Shown piece after piece: positions 27,229-35,444 of a DNA stretch of 54,892 nucleotides. The notes beneath the pieces are model-generated. The model saw only the letters and a list, made by a program, of their open reading frames with translations, was not told the DNA's origin and made no database searches. The first letter of the stretch is position 1; every line of letters begins with the position of its first letter. This DNA comes from a candidate division CPR3 bacterium GWF2_35_18 (GTDB lineage: Bacteria; Patescibacteriota; CPR3; GWF2-35-18): the NCBI GenBank assembly GCA_001771135.1, contig MESW01000008.1, positions 153,630 through 208,521 of the forward strand. Reading direction: 5' to 3'. Made by a program: the position numbers and the translations under genes.

Positions 27229-27438
27229 ATGATAGATACTGCTCAGGCACGGATGATCCTTGGTAAAGAAGCTATTGGATTAAAGAATAAAGATATTCAA
27301 CAAATGTTAGATTGTTTTTATCAAATAGCCGAAATTGGATATAAAATGCTTGAAGAAAACACAACTAAAGTTTATGATGAGATTGGTCACAATCTTAATA
27401 CTACACGTGAAGGAATCAAAAACAGGCAACCTGTCTAG
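27229..27438 (+). CDS. Small hypothetical protein upstream of the recombinase (possible accessory or directionality factor)
   Basis: 69-aa ORF followed by the hairpin AGGCAACCTG...CAGGTTGCCT plus CTTTTTG (27424-27479). No homology recognised. Confidence 0.25.
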   Translation: MIDTAQARMILGKEAIGLKNKDIQQMLDCFYQIAEIGYKMLEENTTKVYDEIGHNLNTTREGIKNRQPV

Positions 27439-27499
27439 CTTTCCGTGTAGGATTGTGACCAGCAGGTTGCCTCTTTTTGTAATTAGAAGGCTATAGAGA

Positions 27500-29101
27500 G
27501 TGTTAAATATGCAACAAACAGCGGTTATATATACAAGAGTATCAACTGAAGAACAAGCCAAAGAAGGAGCTAGTTTAGAGGCTCAAGAAAGACTATGTAA
27601 AGAATATTGTATTAGACAAAACTGGATTATTCTAAAAGTTTTTAGAGAAGATGGTGTGAGTGGTGGTAAGATTGATAGACCAGCTTTACAGAAATTGTTA
27701 GATTACGTATCAAAAAATAAAGGAAAGGTCAATTTTTGCCTTGTTCATAAAATAGATCGATTTGCTAGAGATTTAAGTATTCATGCTCAAATTAAAGGAA
27801 GGTTAATTAAATATGGTGTTGAATTAAAATCTGTAACTGAAGATATCAACAATACTCCAACAGGTAAGGCGATGGAGGGAATGTTAGCCGTATTTTCTGA
27901 ATATTATAGAAATAATTTGAGTTGTGAAGTAAGTAAAGGACAAAGAGAACGTGTTCTACAGGGATATTGGCCTTTTCCAGCTCCAATAGGCTATCTAAAT
28001 GGCTTTAGAGATTCTTTTAATGGTCCAATAAAGAAGTTAAAGAAACCAGATTGTGAATATATTAAGAAAGCATTAGAAGACTTTGCTATTGGAATATTGC
28101 AAACGCCAGCAGATTTTAGAAGGTATTTAAATGAAACTATTAAAAAGTATAAATGGCGAAAAACTCCAATTGCCAAACAACAATCGTTTAACATTTTATA
28201 TAACATTTTTTACGCTGGATATGCCTGTCTACCATCTTTAGGAATACTTCAAAAAGGAAAAAGCGAAAGTATGATTTCTTTAGAAACGTTTCAAAAAGTA
28301 CAGGATCGTTTAAAAGAAAATTCTCGGAAAAAGTATAAACGAATGCCAGTAAATGAAACATTTCCTCTTAAAGAAAAATGTTATTGCTTAGATTGCGGAT
28401 ATAAGATTACAGGAGCATATGCAACTGGAAGATCAGCAAAATATCCTTTTTATCGTTGCGATAGGGGTTGTAAATTAGGAAAAAGGACAAAGAGTATTAG
28501 TAAGGACGATTTTGAAGAAATGTTTGTTATTTATGTTGAAAAAGTCAAACCTCAGAAAAGATATATTAAATTATTTAATGCAGTAATTTTAGATTATTAT
28601 AATAAAAAAATTAATGAAAAGAAGAATAATGTTAAGGAAGCCGAATTTAAAGTAAATACTTTGAAAGAAAGACAAGAACAGTTAATAGATTTGATAACTG
28701 AGGCGAAACAAAAAGGAAATAGCCAAAGAAAAGTACTTTATGAGAATAAGTTAGACCAAATAGAAAATGATTTACTAAGTATGCAAACAGTCAAAAAAGA
28801 TGATGAAATATCGGTTTCTGAATTTGGAACCGTACTTGAAACTTGTAAACAACTATTAGAAAATCCTATTGCACTTTGGAAAAACGGTGATATATACCGT
28901 AAAATAGCGATTCAAAATATGCTGTTCCCTATAGGCTTACAGTATAACGCAAAAATTGGATTTGGAACCACAGAAATAAACGTTGCGTATAGTAGTATCA
29001 AGGCTTTAGAGGATCACCAAACTGAAAAGTCAAACTTGGTGAGCCGCCCGGGACTCGAACCCGGAACAATTTGCTTAAGAGGCAAACGCTCTACCGATTG
29101 A
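27500..29101 (+). CDS. Large serine recombinase (resolvase/invertase N-terminal domain plus recombinase and zinc-ribbon domains)
   Basis: AVIYTRVSTEEQ carries the catalytic Ser. Also present: KIDRPALQKLL, HKIDRFARD, the Cys-rich segment CLDCGYK...YRCDRGC, and a coiled-coil tail. The likely true start is the ATG at 27509. The last 65 nt are antisense to tRNA-Lys. Confidence 0.9.
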   Translation: MLNMQQTAVIYTRVSTEEQAKEGASLEAQERLCKEYCIRQNWIILKVFREDGVSGGKIDRPALQKLLDYVSKNKGKVNFCLVHKIDRFARDLSIHAQIKGRLIKYGVELKSVTEDINNTPTGKAMEGMLAVFSEYYRNNLSCEVSKGQRERVLQGYWPFPAPIGYLNGFRDSFNGPIKKLKKPDCEYIKKALEDFAIGILQTPADFRRYLNETIKKYKWRKTPIAKQQSFNILYNIFYAGYACLPSLGILQKGKSESMISLETFQKVQDRLKENSRKKYKRMPVNETFPLKEKCYCLDCGYKITGAYATGRSAKYPFYRCDRGCKLGKRTKSISKDDFEEMFVIYVEKVKPQKRYIKLFNAVILDYYNKKINEKKNNVKEAEFKVNTLKERQEQLIDLITEAKQKGNSQRKVLYENKLDQIENDLLSMQTVKKDDEISVSEFGTVLETCKQLLENPIALWKNGDIYRKIAIQNMLFPIGLQYNAKIGFGTTEINVAYSSIKALEDHQTEKSNLVSRPGLEPGTICLRGKRSTD

Positions 29102-29112
29102 GCTAGCGGCCC
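29037..29112 (-). tRNA. tRNA-Lys (anticodon CUU), CCA encoded
   Basis: The reverse complement reads GGGCCGC-TA-GCTCAATCGGTAGAGC-G-TTTGC-CTCTTAA-GCAAA-TTGTT-CCGGG-TTCGAGT-CCCGG-GCGGCTC-ACCA. Total 76 nt. Confidence 0.85.
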
Positions 29113-29212
29113 ATATAATATTCATTATTTAATCTTTGTTAAATTACTTTTAAAACTTTTTGCTTCTTTTTCAAAGAAGGCTCTACTCCTCGTTCGTTGT
29201 ATTCACAAGGAT

Positions 29213-29233
29213 AAACGATTGAGCTAGCGGTCC
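29213..29233 (-). pseudogene. tRNA relic: degenerate copy of the 5-prime part of tRNA-Lys
   Basis: AAACGATTGAGCTAGCGGTCC compared with the intact AAACGCTCTACCGATTGAGCTAGCGGCCC: CGATTGAGCTAGCGG is identical, and the T-arm and acceptor 3-prime strand are absent. Confidence 0.5.
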
Positions 29234-29252
29234 GTAATAAATTCAATTGTTG

Positions 29253-29293
29253 CTAGTCCCACAGACTAACGTTCTGAATGAGCTATCAGTCCC
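29253..29293 (-). pseudogene. tRNA-like 5-prime half relic (second, different tRNA)
   Basis: The reverse complement GGGACTGATAGCTCATTCAGAACGTTAGTCTGTGGGACTAG has an acceptor/D-arm-like start and a weak anticodon-like hairpin, but no T-arm. Confidence 0.35.
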
Positions 29294-29481
29294 TAATTTT
29301 TCATTCCGTATTGTAAGGGAAAAATAGCTAGAGGTCAATTAAATACATGATACAAATTATATTTTATTTGTATACTATTTCAGCTTTATATCTTCAATAA
29401 TCCTGTTTACTTGCATTTATTTGTTAATATTTTATATCCTAATTAATTCAATATATTAATAAAAATATTATTAATTCGGAG

Positions 29482-29524
29482 AATACCCAAAAACAATTTT
29501 GCTATTTAATAGAAGTTGGGTATA
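29482..29524. promoter_or_regulatory. Long-spacer inverted repeat, site B: (A)ATACCCAA-N25-TTGGGTATA
   Basis: 8-bp perfect core arms. The right arm continues as TATATAC (-10-like) and ends 42 nt upstream of the CxxC-protein start. Confidence 0.4.
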
Positions 29525-29565
29525 TACTTTAATCACCTAAATTCATAATAATTATAAAGGAAACT

Positions 29566-30240
29566 ATGAGAAATTTTAATCACGACAATAGATCATACGA
29601 TAAAAGAGGCAGTGGGAAGCGATTTGGTGACCGAAATAACGATCGACGAGATTACGGAAGCAGAGATTCTGGTAAGCCTGCTATGTATCAAGCTGTTTGC
29701 GCTGAATGTGGAAATAGCTGCGAAGTTCCTTTTAAACCAACTGGTGATCGACCTATATATTGTAGTAAGTGCTTTGAAATAAAAGAAAGAAAAGGCGGGA
29801 AAAGATTTGGTGGTAGAGATTCTGAAGGATCAGGATTTGCAGATAGAGATTCTAGACATACAGAGATGTTCCGAGCAACCTGTGCGGAATGCGGTAAAAG
29901 CTGTGAAATTCCTTTTGAGCCAAGAGATGACAGACCAGTTTATTGTGATGATTGTTTTGAAAATAGAAGAAATGGCGATCGCAATTTCAAAAGACCAGAA
30001 AGGTCGGATAATAGAAGACCTAATTTTGAAGTAAAAAGTAATAATGAACAGTATAAAGGCCAATTTGACAACATCAATGCCAAACTTGATAAGATTCTCA
30101 AATTGTTAGCAGTTGTACCAGCGGAAACGGCTCCAAAAGAAGAAGTTAAAGTCTTTAAGGATGTGGTTCCCGAAAAAGTCAAAGCTGAAAAACCCAAAAA
30201 AGCAGCCAAGAAAGCCGTGACCAAGAAAAAGAAAGAATAA
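29566..30240 (+). CDS. CxxC-x17-CxxC domain protein (two copies) with Arg/Asp-rich linkers and a Lys-rich tail
   Basis: CAEC-17 residues-CSKC and CAEC-17 residues-CDDC, counted directly. Repeated R/D/G low-complexity segments. C-terminal KKAAKKAVTKKKKE. Confidence 0.75.
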   Translation: MRNFNHDNRSYDKRGSGKRFGDRNNDRRDYGSRDSGKPAMYQAVCAECGNSCEVPFKPTGDRPIYCSKCFEIKERKGGKRFGGRDSEGSGFADRDSRHTEMFRATCAECGKSCEIPFEPRDDRPVYCDDCFENRRNGDRNFKRPERSDNRRPNFEVKSNNEQYKGQFDNINAKLDKILKLLAVVPAETAPKEEVKVFKDVVPEKVKAEKPKKAAKKAVTKKKKE

Positions 30241-30263
30241 AGTTTTTTAGACAGTAGAATCGG

Positions 30264-30455
30264 TTATTTAATTCCGAACTTTCCTTTTACTTTTTTTAAT
30301 CCCCTCTCGAATTTTTTCTTTAGGAATTCTTTTTGTTTTTTATTTGGGATTGTCCACCAGAAAATCAATCCGATTCCGTAAAAGAATATCGGCCAGACAA
30401 TAATATGAAAACAGATAGTGATGATTATCTTTACCCAATTTGGAAATAAGAACAT
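30264..30455 (-). CDS. Small membrane protein (2 TM), hypothetical
   Basis: 63 aa, two hydrophobic helices and a basic tail. It lies 4 nt downstream of the HD gene. Confidence 0.35.
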   Translation of the reverse strand: MFLFPNWVKIIITICFHIIVWPIFFYGIGLIFWWTIPNKKQKEFLKKKFERGLKKVKGKFGIK

Positions 30456-30459
30456 AAGA

Positions 30460-31020
30460 TTATAGACCTATTTCTGGGGCAATCGAAACCATAGCTTGAA
30501 GTGCAATTTCTACAAATCGATCCAATTTAATCCCGGCTTTTTCAATATCATAAATTGACTGTCTATCCACATTTCTGGCAAAAGCTAGTTGTTTCAATCT
30601 TTTGGTTATCGATTTTACTTTCACTGAAGTGACTTTTCTATCAGGATAGATCATAGAAACGGCGTAAATAAAACCACCCATATTTTCGCTAGCCGAAAGC
30701 GCGTAGTCAAAGGCTGTTTCTTTCGCGATTCCATTATTATCGCCGTTGTGTGAAGCAATGGCGTGCCAGGTTTCGGAATCCAAATTCTCTTTTCCGACAA
30801 GATCTTGAATGAGGATAGCATGTTTTTTAAAATCGCTTAAGACTTCGGGTTTCTCAAAATCGAGGTCGTGAATAAGAGCGGCTATCCCCCATTTTTCTTC
30901 ATCCTGTTTTAATTCTTTAGCTACAGCACGCATTATAATTTCGGCTTCACGGCAATGGAAGCGGAGTTTTTCACTGCAGTGAGTTTCTAATAATTTTTGA
31001 GCTTCAATACGTGTGAGCAT
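30460..31020 (-). CDS. HD-domain phosphohydrolase
   Basis: His (HCREAE) and the HD doublet (ALIHDLDFE), plus a downstream H...D (ASHNGD), in a 186-aa protein. Confidence 0.7.
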   Translation of the reverse strand: MLTRIEAQKLLETHCSEKLRFHCREAEIIMRAVAKELKQDEEKWGIAALIHDLDFEKPEVLSDFKKHAILIQDLVGKENLDSETWHAIASHNGDNNGIAKETAFDYALSASENMGGFIYAVSMIYPDRKVTSVKVKSITKRLKQLAFARNVDRQSIYDIEKAGIKLDRFVEIALQAMVSIAPEIGL

Positions 31021-31109
31021 ATAACTCCTTTAGCATTAATCTATGAGACTGTTTTGATTTTGATATTAGAAAGGAGTATATACTTTTTTTATTCATCTTG
31101 GCAATATAA

Positions 31110-31153
31110 AAAGTATATTTAAAAATGGCGGGTTGATTAAAAACCAACCCGCC
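31110..31153 (-). terminator. Rho-independent terminator after the 727-aa gene
   Basis: Minus-strand hairpin GGCGGGTTG-GTTTTTAAT-CAACCCGCC followed by ATTTTTAAA. Confidence 0.7.
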
Positions 31154-31172
31154 CTAGTTTCATAATTTATTA

Positions 31173-33356
31173 CTACGGATTGATTTCTATGGTTTCGAGA
31201 TTCGAATCAGGTTCCACAACATATGTTTCAGTACCACTTCCATTGCTTGAAGGAATATCTTGTGGTTCAATTTTTCCGTAGAAATCTTCATGTAGGCTAA
31301 ACGAACCTTTTACTTTAGCTTCTATCTCATTCCAATCATTATCCGGATGGTAACCTTTTAGATCAGAGAAGATACTGTTGATACTGGCGTTTGTATCGTA
31401 AGTGAAGATATTGATTACGTATTTATAAGATTCATAATCAAAAATAATAAGATTGTTATAGCTATCTTGAGCATAATCCGGAGAAATTTCCTTTCCTTCA
31501 AAATCTTCAACTCCCGCTTGATAATTATAGGTGTATTTGGTTGCAGACACTGTTTCATTGTTGATTTTCAAAGAGATACTATCTTTGAAGGTATATTGGT
31601 TCGTTCCAAAGAAATATTCCGAAAAATCTGAGACATCCAGATTTTTATCATAAGCTGAGATCTGATAGAAACCAGGATCTTGAGATCTTTCAGTTTCATC
31701 TTTTAGTATATATGTTGTTGTAAATTTTTGATTATAGGATAAACTTTCATAAAGAGCGAGATAATCTTCATATTGTTTTTGTCCAAAATCGTTATTCGGA
31801 TAAAAATTACGATTGGTGTAATATGGTTTAGTTGGATCATAATAATCCGAGATTGAAGTTTCGAACAAAACATACGTTTCATTACTGGGTGTGAAGATCT
31901 CGATATCTTTTTGCTGCAAAAAGTTTTTCAGATATGTAAGGTATGAACTCTGCTTTATCACATCCTTTTCATAGGGATAGTAACTGTTTTCGTTGTAAGC
32001 GGTTGTAGGAACATTTTTGACATTAACATTTAGATCGAAAGTAAAGAGACTTGATACTTCCGATATTGTTTTTTCTGCTTTCTCGACAACGTATTCGCTT
32101 GAAGATATAAGATTATTATCGCTAATCGAAGCTAAATAAACCTCTTGTTTAACGAGAGAATAAGTATCAGTTTCATAAAGGTCTTTAAAGAATAATGTTT
32201 TAGTATTTTCCGCTTCAAGCGATGTTGTTTCGCTTGAGATTGTCGGGTTTTTTGATCTTTCTTCATTATAACTACAGGGAGTATCATAGGAATAAATCAC
32301 TAAATAATACTTTTTTCCTTCGATAGTCACTTCTTCCACCTCAGAATCTTCTCCAAAATAATAAGGAATAACATCTTTTGCTTCGGGAATAAGTTCTATA
32401 GTTTCGGTTTCCACATTGATTCCAGTATTTTCACTGGTAGTTCCAGCTTCATCCACCAATACTTCGGTATCTGAAAGTGTTTTTGTCGATGAAGGGGAAG
32501 TTTCTAAGATCTCTGTATTTACACTTGTACTATCCGGTGTAACAGCAAGATAATCGTAGTTTTCTTCAAATCTTAAGGCGAAGGTCCCGCCTTTGTATTC
32601 ATAACGGTATTTATCTGAGGATAAAGAGTAATCAACTAATTCATCATTATTATTGTAGGCAAGATATTTGTATTTTGGGTAATAGCTATTTTCAGAGTAA
32701 TTTTGGAAGTCATAGGTTTCAATTCGAGAATAAGAATTTTCCGAATCTCCATAAGCCGGACAGCTTGCAGCAGCAGGTCCAAGAGTATAGGTACTTGTGT
32801 AATGGAAAAAATTATAGTTATCGTTGTAATAAATTGGAGCAATTGTGCTTGAGGCGTCAGTTGCGGTTTCATCTCGAGTTTCCCCATTCGATAGTTCAGC
32901 GGCAACGGCCTGGCTGACACTAAAAAGTTCGCTGGGATTTTTGGATGATTTTAATACACTCCCGGAATTATTCTGTAGGATTTTACTTAAAACTTCGTTT
33001 TTATCATTTTGGGATAAATTGTTGTGATAATTATTAAGCACGAAATAAGTGATTAAACCGTAAAAAGAAATAAGAATAAGAGAGATTGTGGAAGCGCTAA
33101 TGACTGGAAGTTTATTGAACTTTAAACTAGGCATGGAGAGACTCCTTTTGACAAAATTAATTAGATACATAAAAACATTTTCATGCTCATACTGAGATAA
33201 AATATCGCTTTTAAGCTTTTTTGAAAACTCTTTATCCATGTATATATTTTTGTTATCAAGATTTTCCAAAAGCTTACAAGCTTCATCTTTTTGGTCACTC
33301 CTTTTTTTAAACATATTATTAGGCTTTCTATCTTTTAAGTGTTTTAAGGGGTACAT
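31173..33356 (-). CDS. Single-pass membrane protein with a ~620-aa extracytoplasmic domain; putative anti-sigma factor
   Basis: The start overlaps the sigma-factor stop by 13 nt. It has a ~85-aa cytoplasmic N-terminus, one TM segment (LPVISASTISLILISFYGLITYFVL) and a large Tyr/Asn/Ser-rich ectodomain with no recognised family. Confidence 0.45.
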   Translation of the reverse strand: MYPLKHLKDRKPNNMFKKRSDQKDEACKLLENLDNKNIYMDKEFSKKLKSDILSQYEHENVFMYLINFVKRSLSMPSLKFNKLPVISASTISLILISFYGLITYFVLNNYHNNLSQNDKNEVLSKILQNNSGSVLKSSKNPSELFSVSQAVAAELSNGETRDETATDASSTIAPIYYNDNYNFFHYTSTYTLGPAAASCPAYGDSENSYSRIETYDFQNYSENSYYPKYKYLAYNNNDELVDYSLSSDKYRYEYKGGTFALRFEENYDYLAVTPDSTSVNTEILETSPSSTKTLSDTEVLVDEAGTTSENTGINVETETIELIPEAKDVIPYYFGEDSEVEEVTIEGKKYYLVIYSYDTPCSYNEERSKNPTISSETTSLEAENTKTLFFKDLYETDTYSLVKQEVYLASISDNNLISSSEYVVEKAEKTISEVSSLFTFDLNVNVKNVPTTAYNENSYYPYEKDVIKQSSYLTYLKNFLQQKDIEIFTPSNETYVLFETSISDYYDPTKPYYTNRNFYPNNDFGQKQYEDYLALYESLSYNQKFTTTYILKDETERSQDPGFYQISAYDKNLDVSDFSEYFFGTNQYTFKDSISLKINNETVSATKYTYNYQAGVEDFEGKEISPDYAQDSYNNLIIFDYESYKYVINIFTYDTNASINSIFSDLKGYHPDNDWNEIEAKVKGSFSLHEDFYGKIEPQDIPSSNGSGTETYVVEPDSNLETIEINP

Positions 33357-33847
33357 GTGATAATTCTCCTTAAGTTTTTGACCGCTCTTTTTTGCGTTGT
33401 CCGAACATAATTTAAGTCTTTATTAATTTTTTCTCCAATTTCTGTAGGAGTCAACTTTTGAATCAATCGAAGTTCAATGATCTCTTTTTGTTTTTCTGGT
33501 AACTGTGGGAGATATTTTAACAGGAGTTCTTCTGAGGTTTGAGAGTTTTCTTTTTCTAAGTATTCTTCAGTATATTTTTGGAAATCGTGGAATTCTTCAA
33601 GAAAAGGACAAGTTTTGATTTGGTATTTTTCTCGCAGATATACTTTAAATAGGTTTTTAGCAATGCCATAGAGAAAATTTATCGGATTTTCTATTTCAAC
33701 CTGTTTGAGTTTTTTAATAAGTAGATGAAAAGTATCTGAAGTTAGATCCTCTGCTTCTTGTTGATCACGGATTTTAAAGTAAAAAAAACGGTAAAGCTTC
33801 TCAGAGTGATTATTATAAATGGCTTCAATTTCAGAAGGAGGCAGCAT
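33344..33847 (-). CDS. ECF-type sigma-70 family RNA polymerase sigma factor
   Basis: 167 aa. Region 2-like LYRFFYFKIRDQQEAEDLTSDTF and region 4 HTH LPEKQKEIIELRLIQKLTPTEIGEKINKDLNYVRTTQKRAVKNLR. Confidence 0.8.
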   Translation of the reverse strand: MLPPSEIEAIYNNHSEKLYRFFYFKIRDQQEAEDLTSDTFHLLIKKLKQVEIENPINFLYGIAKNLFKVYLREKYQIKTCPFLEEFHDFQKYTEEYLEKENSQTSEELLLKYLPQLPEKQKEIIELRLIQKLTPTEIGEKINKDLNYVRTTQKRAVKNLRRIITCTP

Positions 33848-33855
33848 ATTTATTT

Positions 33856-35217
33856 TTATCCAAACCTTTTTAATCTCACTTGGAGTACTATCATAATCAA
33901 GGCTACAAGTCCGATAATCACCATTAACATGGAATATTCAGGTATAGTTACAACGAGTGGAAAAAATCCTAAAAATAGAACTAAAGAGGGAAGACCTAAT
34001 TTCGTTGCAAATTTAAAATCTGAAGTTTTGCCTAAGAGATAATAAATAAGACCTCCAATTATTAAAAATGAAATAGTAAAAGCAAGATAGAGTGGCATCG
34101 AGTAATAAATTGCTCTGTTCATTTTCGAGAAAATTTCAATCGTTGGATCAATTGTAAAACTGGATACATAATGAATAAGCGGAAAATATACTATATAAAG
34201 AACGGTGATTAAAAACATATCAAATAAGGAAGTTTTTTTCCCGAAAACAAAAGTAAGATAGAGAATGATGGTTATAAAAACAAGATATATAGGAGCCATC
34301 GTAAAGTAAATACGTGAAACTTGAGTGGATGGATTCAATTTTTCCCCGATTTGGACACTTACAAGTGGTTTGGAATAAAGATCATTTTTATCCCAGATTA
34401 GAGTGACCGTATCTGGTCCGAAATTTCTGCGGTCTACAGATAAGCCTTGGTTAACATCATATAATCTTGTTCCACTAATTTTGACTTCGAAGTTAAAATC
34501 CTGAGAACCCTTTGGATTTTCAAGTCCCTCATAAGTAAATAAAGACAATCCCACCGTTTGATAACTGACTTCCACGGTAGTTTCGCTATTTGCAGCGATG
34601 TCTCCTTCCCATTTAAAACCATCGAGTTGATTATTCGTGAGATTGTATTCATTGTAATTAGAGAATTTATCGGTATAGGTTAGCTTTGTTTTCGCATTTT
34701 TTATTTCTTGTCCATTCACAATCAATTTTGCGTTACTAATTTCATTAGTATCTGAACTAATGGGAAAAGGAAATTCAAAAGAGATAAAACTTTTTTCATT
34801 GAGATTGTTTTTTAAAATATATTTAGATTGAAAATCGGTTTTAAAAGTAGGTTGATAAGAAAGTCCTTTTTTCACAAAATCAGCAGTAATGACTACGTTT
34901 CCATTTGTAGAGGTGAGATAGGTATTTTCTAGGTATTTTTTAATTTGAGTGTCATTCAGTCTATTTTCAATATAAACTTTGCTTTCTGAATCTATTTCAT
35001 CAAGTAGTGGAGCGTTTTGATTTAAATTTCCTCCATAAATACGTGAGGTATTTGAATAATTTTTAGAACTAATGTTATTTCGATAGCTCGCGACTCCTGC
35101 CATAATCAAACTAAAAATAAATATTCCAAAAGTAAAAATAATTCCGGCAACCACATAATTTCTGATTAGCGATTTGTCTTCATTACTTAAAGAAACATTG
35201 AAAAGAGAGTTATTCAT
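33856..35217 (-). CDS. Membrane protein with CreD-like architecture (N-terminal TM, ~270-aa external domain, C-terminal 5-TM bundle)
   Basis: Topology and size (453 aa) resemble cell-envelope-integrity protein CreD. It is the first gene of the sigma operon. The call rests on architecture only. Confidence 0.4.
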   Translation of the reverse strand: MNNSLFNVSLSNEDKSLIRNYVVAGIIFTFGIFIFSLIMAGVASYRNNISSKNYSNTSRIYGGNLNQNAPLLDEIDSESKVYIENRLNDTQIKKYLENTYLTSTNGNVVITADFVKKGLSYQPTFKTDFQSKYILKNNLNEKSFISFEFPFPISSDTNEISNAKLIVNGQEIKNAKTKLTYTDKFSNYNEYNLTNNQLDGFKWEGDIAANSETTVEVSYQTVGLSLFTYEGLENPKGSQDFNFEVKISGTRLYDVNQGLSVDRRNFGPDTVTLIWDKNDLYSKPLVSVQIGEKLNPSTQVSRIYFTMAPIYLVFITIILYLTFVFGKKTSLFDMFLITVLYIVYFPLIHYVSSFTIDPTIEIFSKMNRAIYYSMPLYLAFTISFLIIGGLIYYLLGKTSDFKFATKLGLPSLVLFLGFFPLVVTIPEYSMLMVIIGLVALIMIVLQVRLKRFG

Positions 35218-35246
35218 AAGACCTACTTTCTAGAAATATTAACTCT

Positions 35247-35323
35247 TGGTGCTCCCGACAGGATTTGAACCTGTAACCTTCTGTTCCGAAGACAGACGCT
35301 CTATCCAGTTGAGCTACGAGAGC
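35247..35323 (-). tRNA. tRNA-Arg (anticodon UCG), CCA encoded
   Basis: The reverse complement reads GCTCTCG-TA-GCTCAACTGGATAGAGC-G-TCTGT-CTTCGGA-ACAGA-AGGTT-ACAGG-TTCAAAT-CCTGT-CGGGAGC-ACCA. Total 77 nt. Confidence 0.9.
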
Positions 35324-35444
35324 AAAATAAGTAAAGTTGATTGTAAGTAGATCCGTGAACTTACGTTCTAAATAAACTATGATAGTATAGGGCAAACTGT
35401 TAACAGTATTTTACGCGAAGGTGTGTTTTTGGTCAATTAGGATT

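Larger units (their letters stand above)
16843..29112. mobile_element. Putative integrated mobile element (about 12 kb) bounded on the right by tRNA-Lys; left boundary uncertain
   Basis: The serine recombinase sits at the tRNA-proximal end. Other content: Rep-like gene, tandem repeat, RM module, orphan cargo genes and large non-coding AT-rich stretches. No terminal direct repeat was found, which is expected for serine integrases. Confidence 0.5.

Noticed and set aside
29807-30224. Three overlapping ORFs (29807-30034+, 29830-30063-, 29940-30224-) within the CxxC-x17-CxxC gene.
   Set aside because: They are alternative frames of a repetitive, purine-rich gene. The main frame has the exact duplicated CxxC-x17-CxxC pattern.
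35210-35395. 61-aa ORF on the minus strand.
   Set aside because: It is made almost entirely of the tRNA-Arg gene sequence and its flanks, so the tRNA explains the region.
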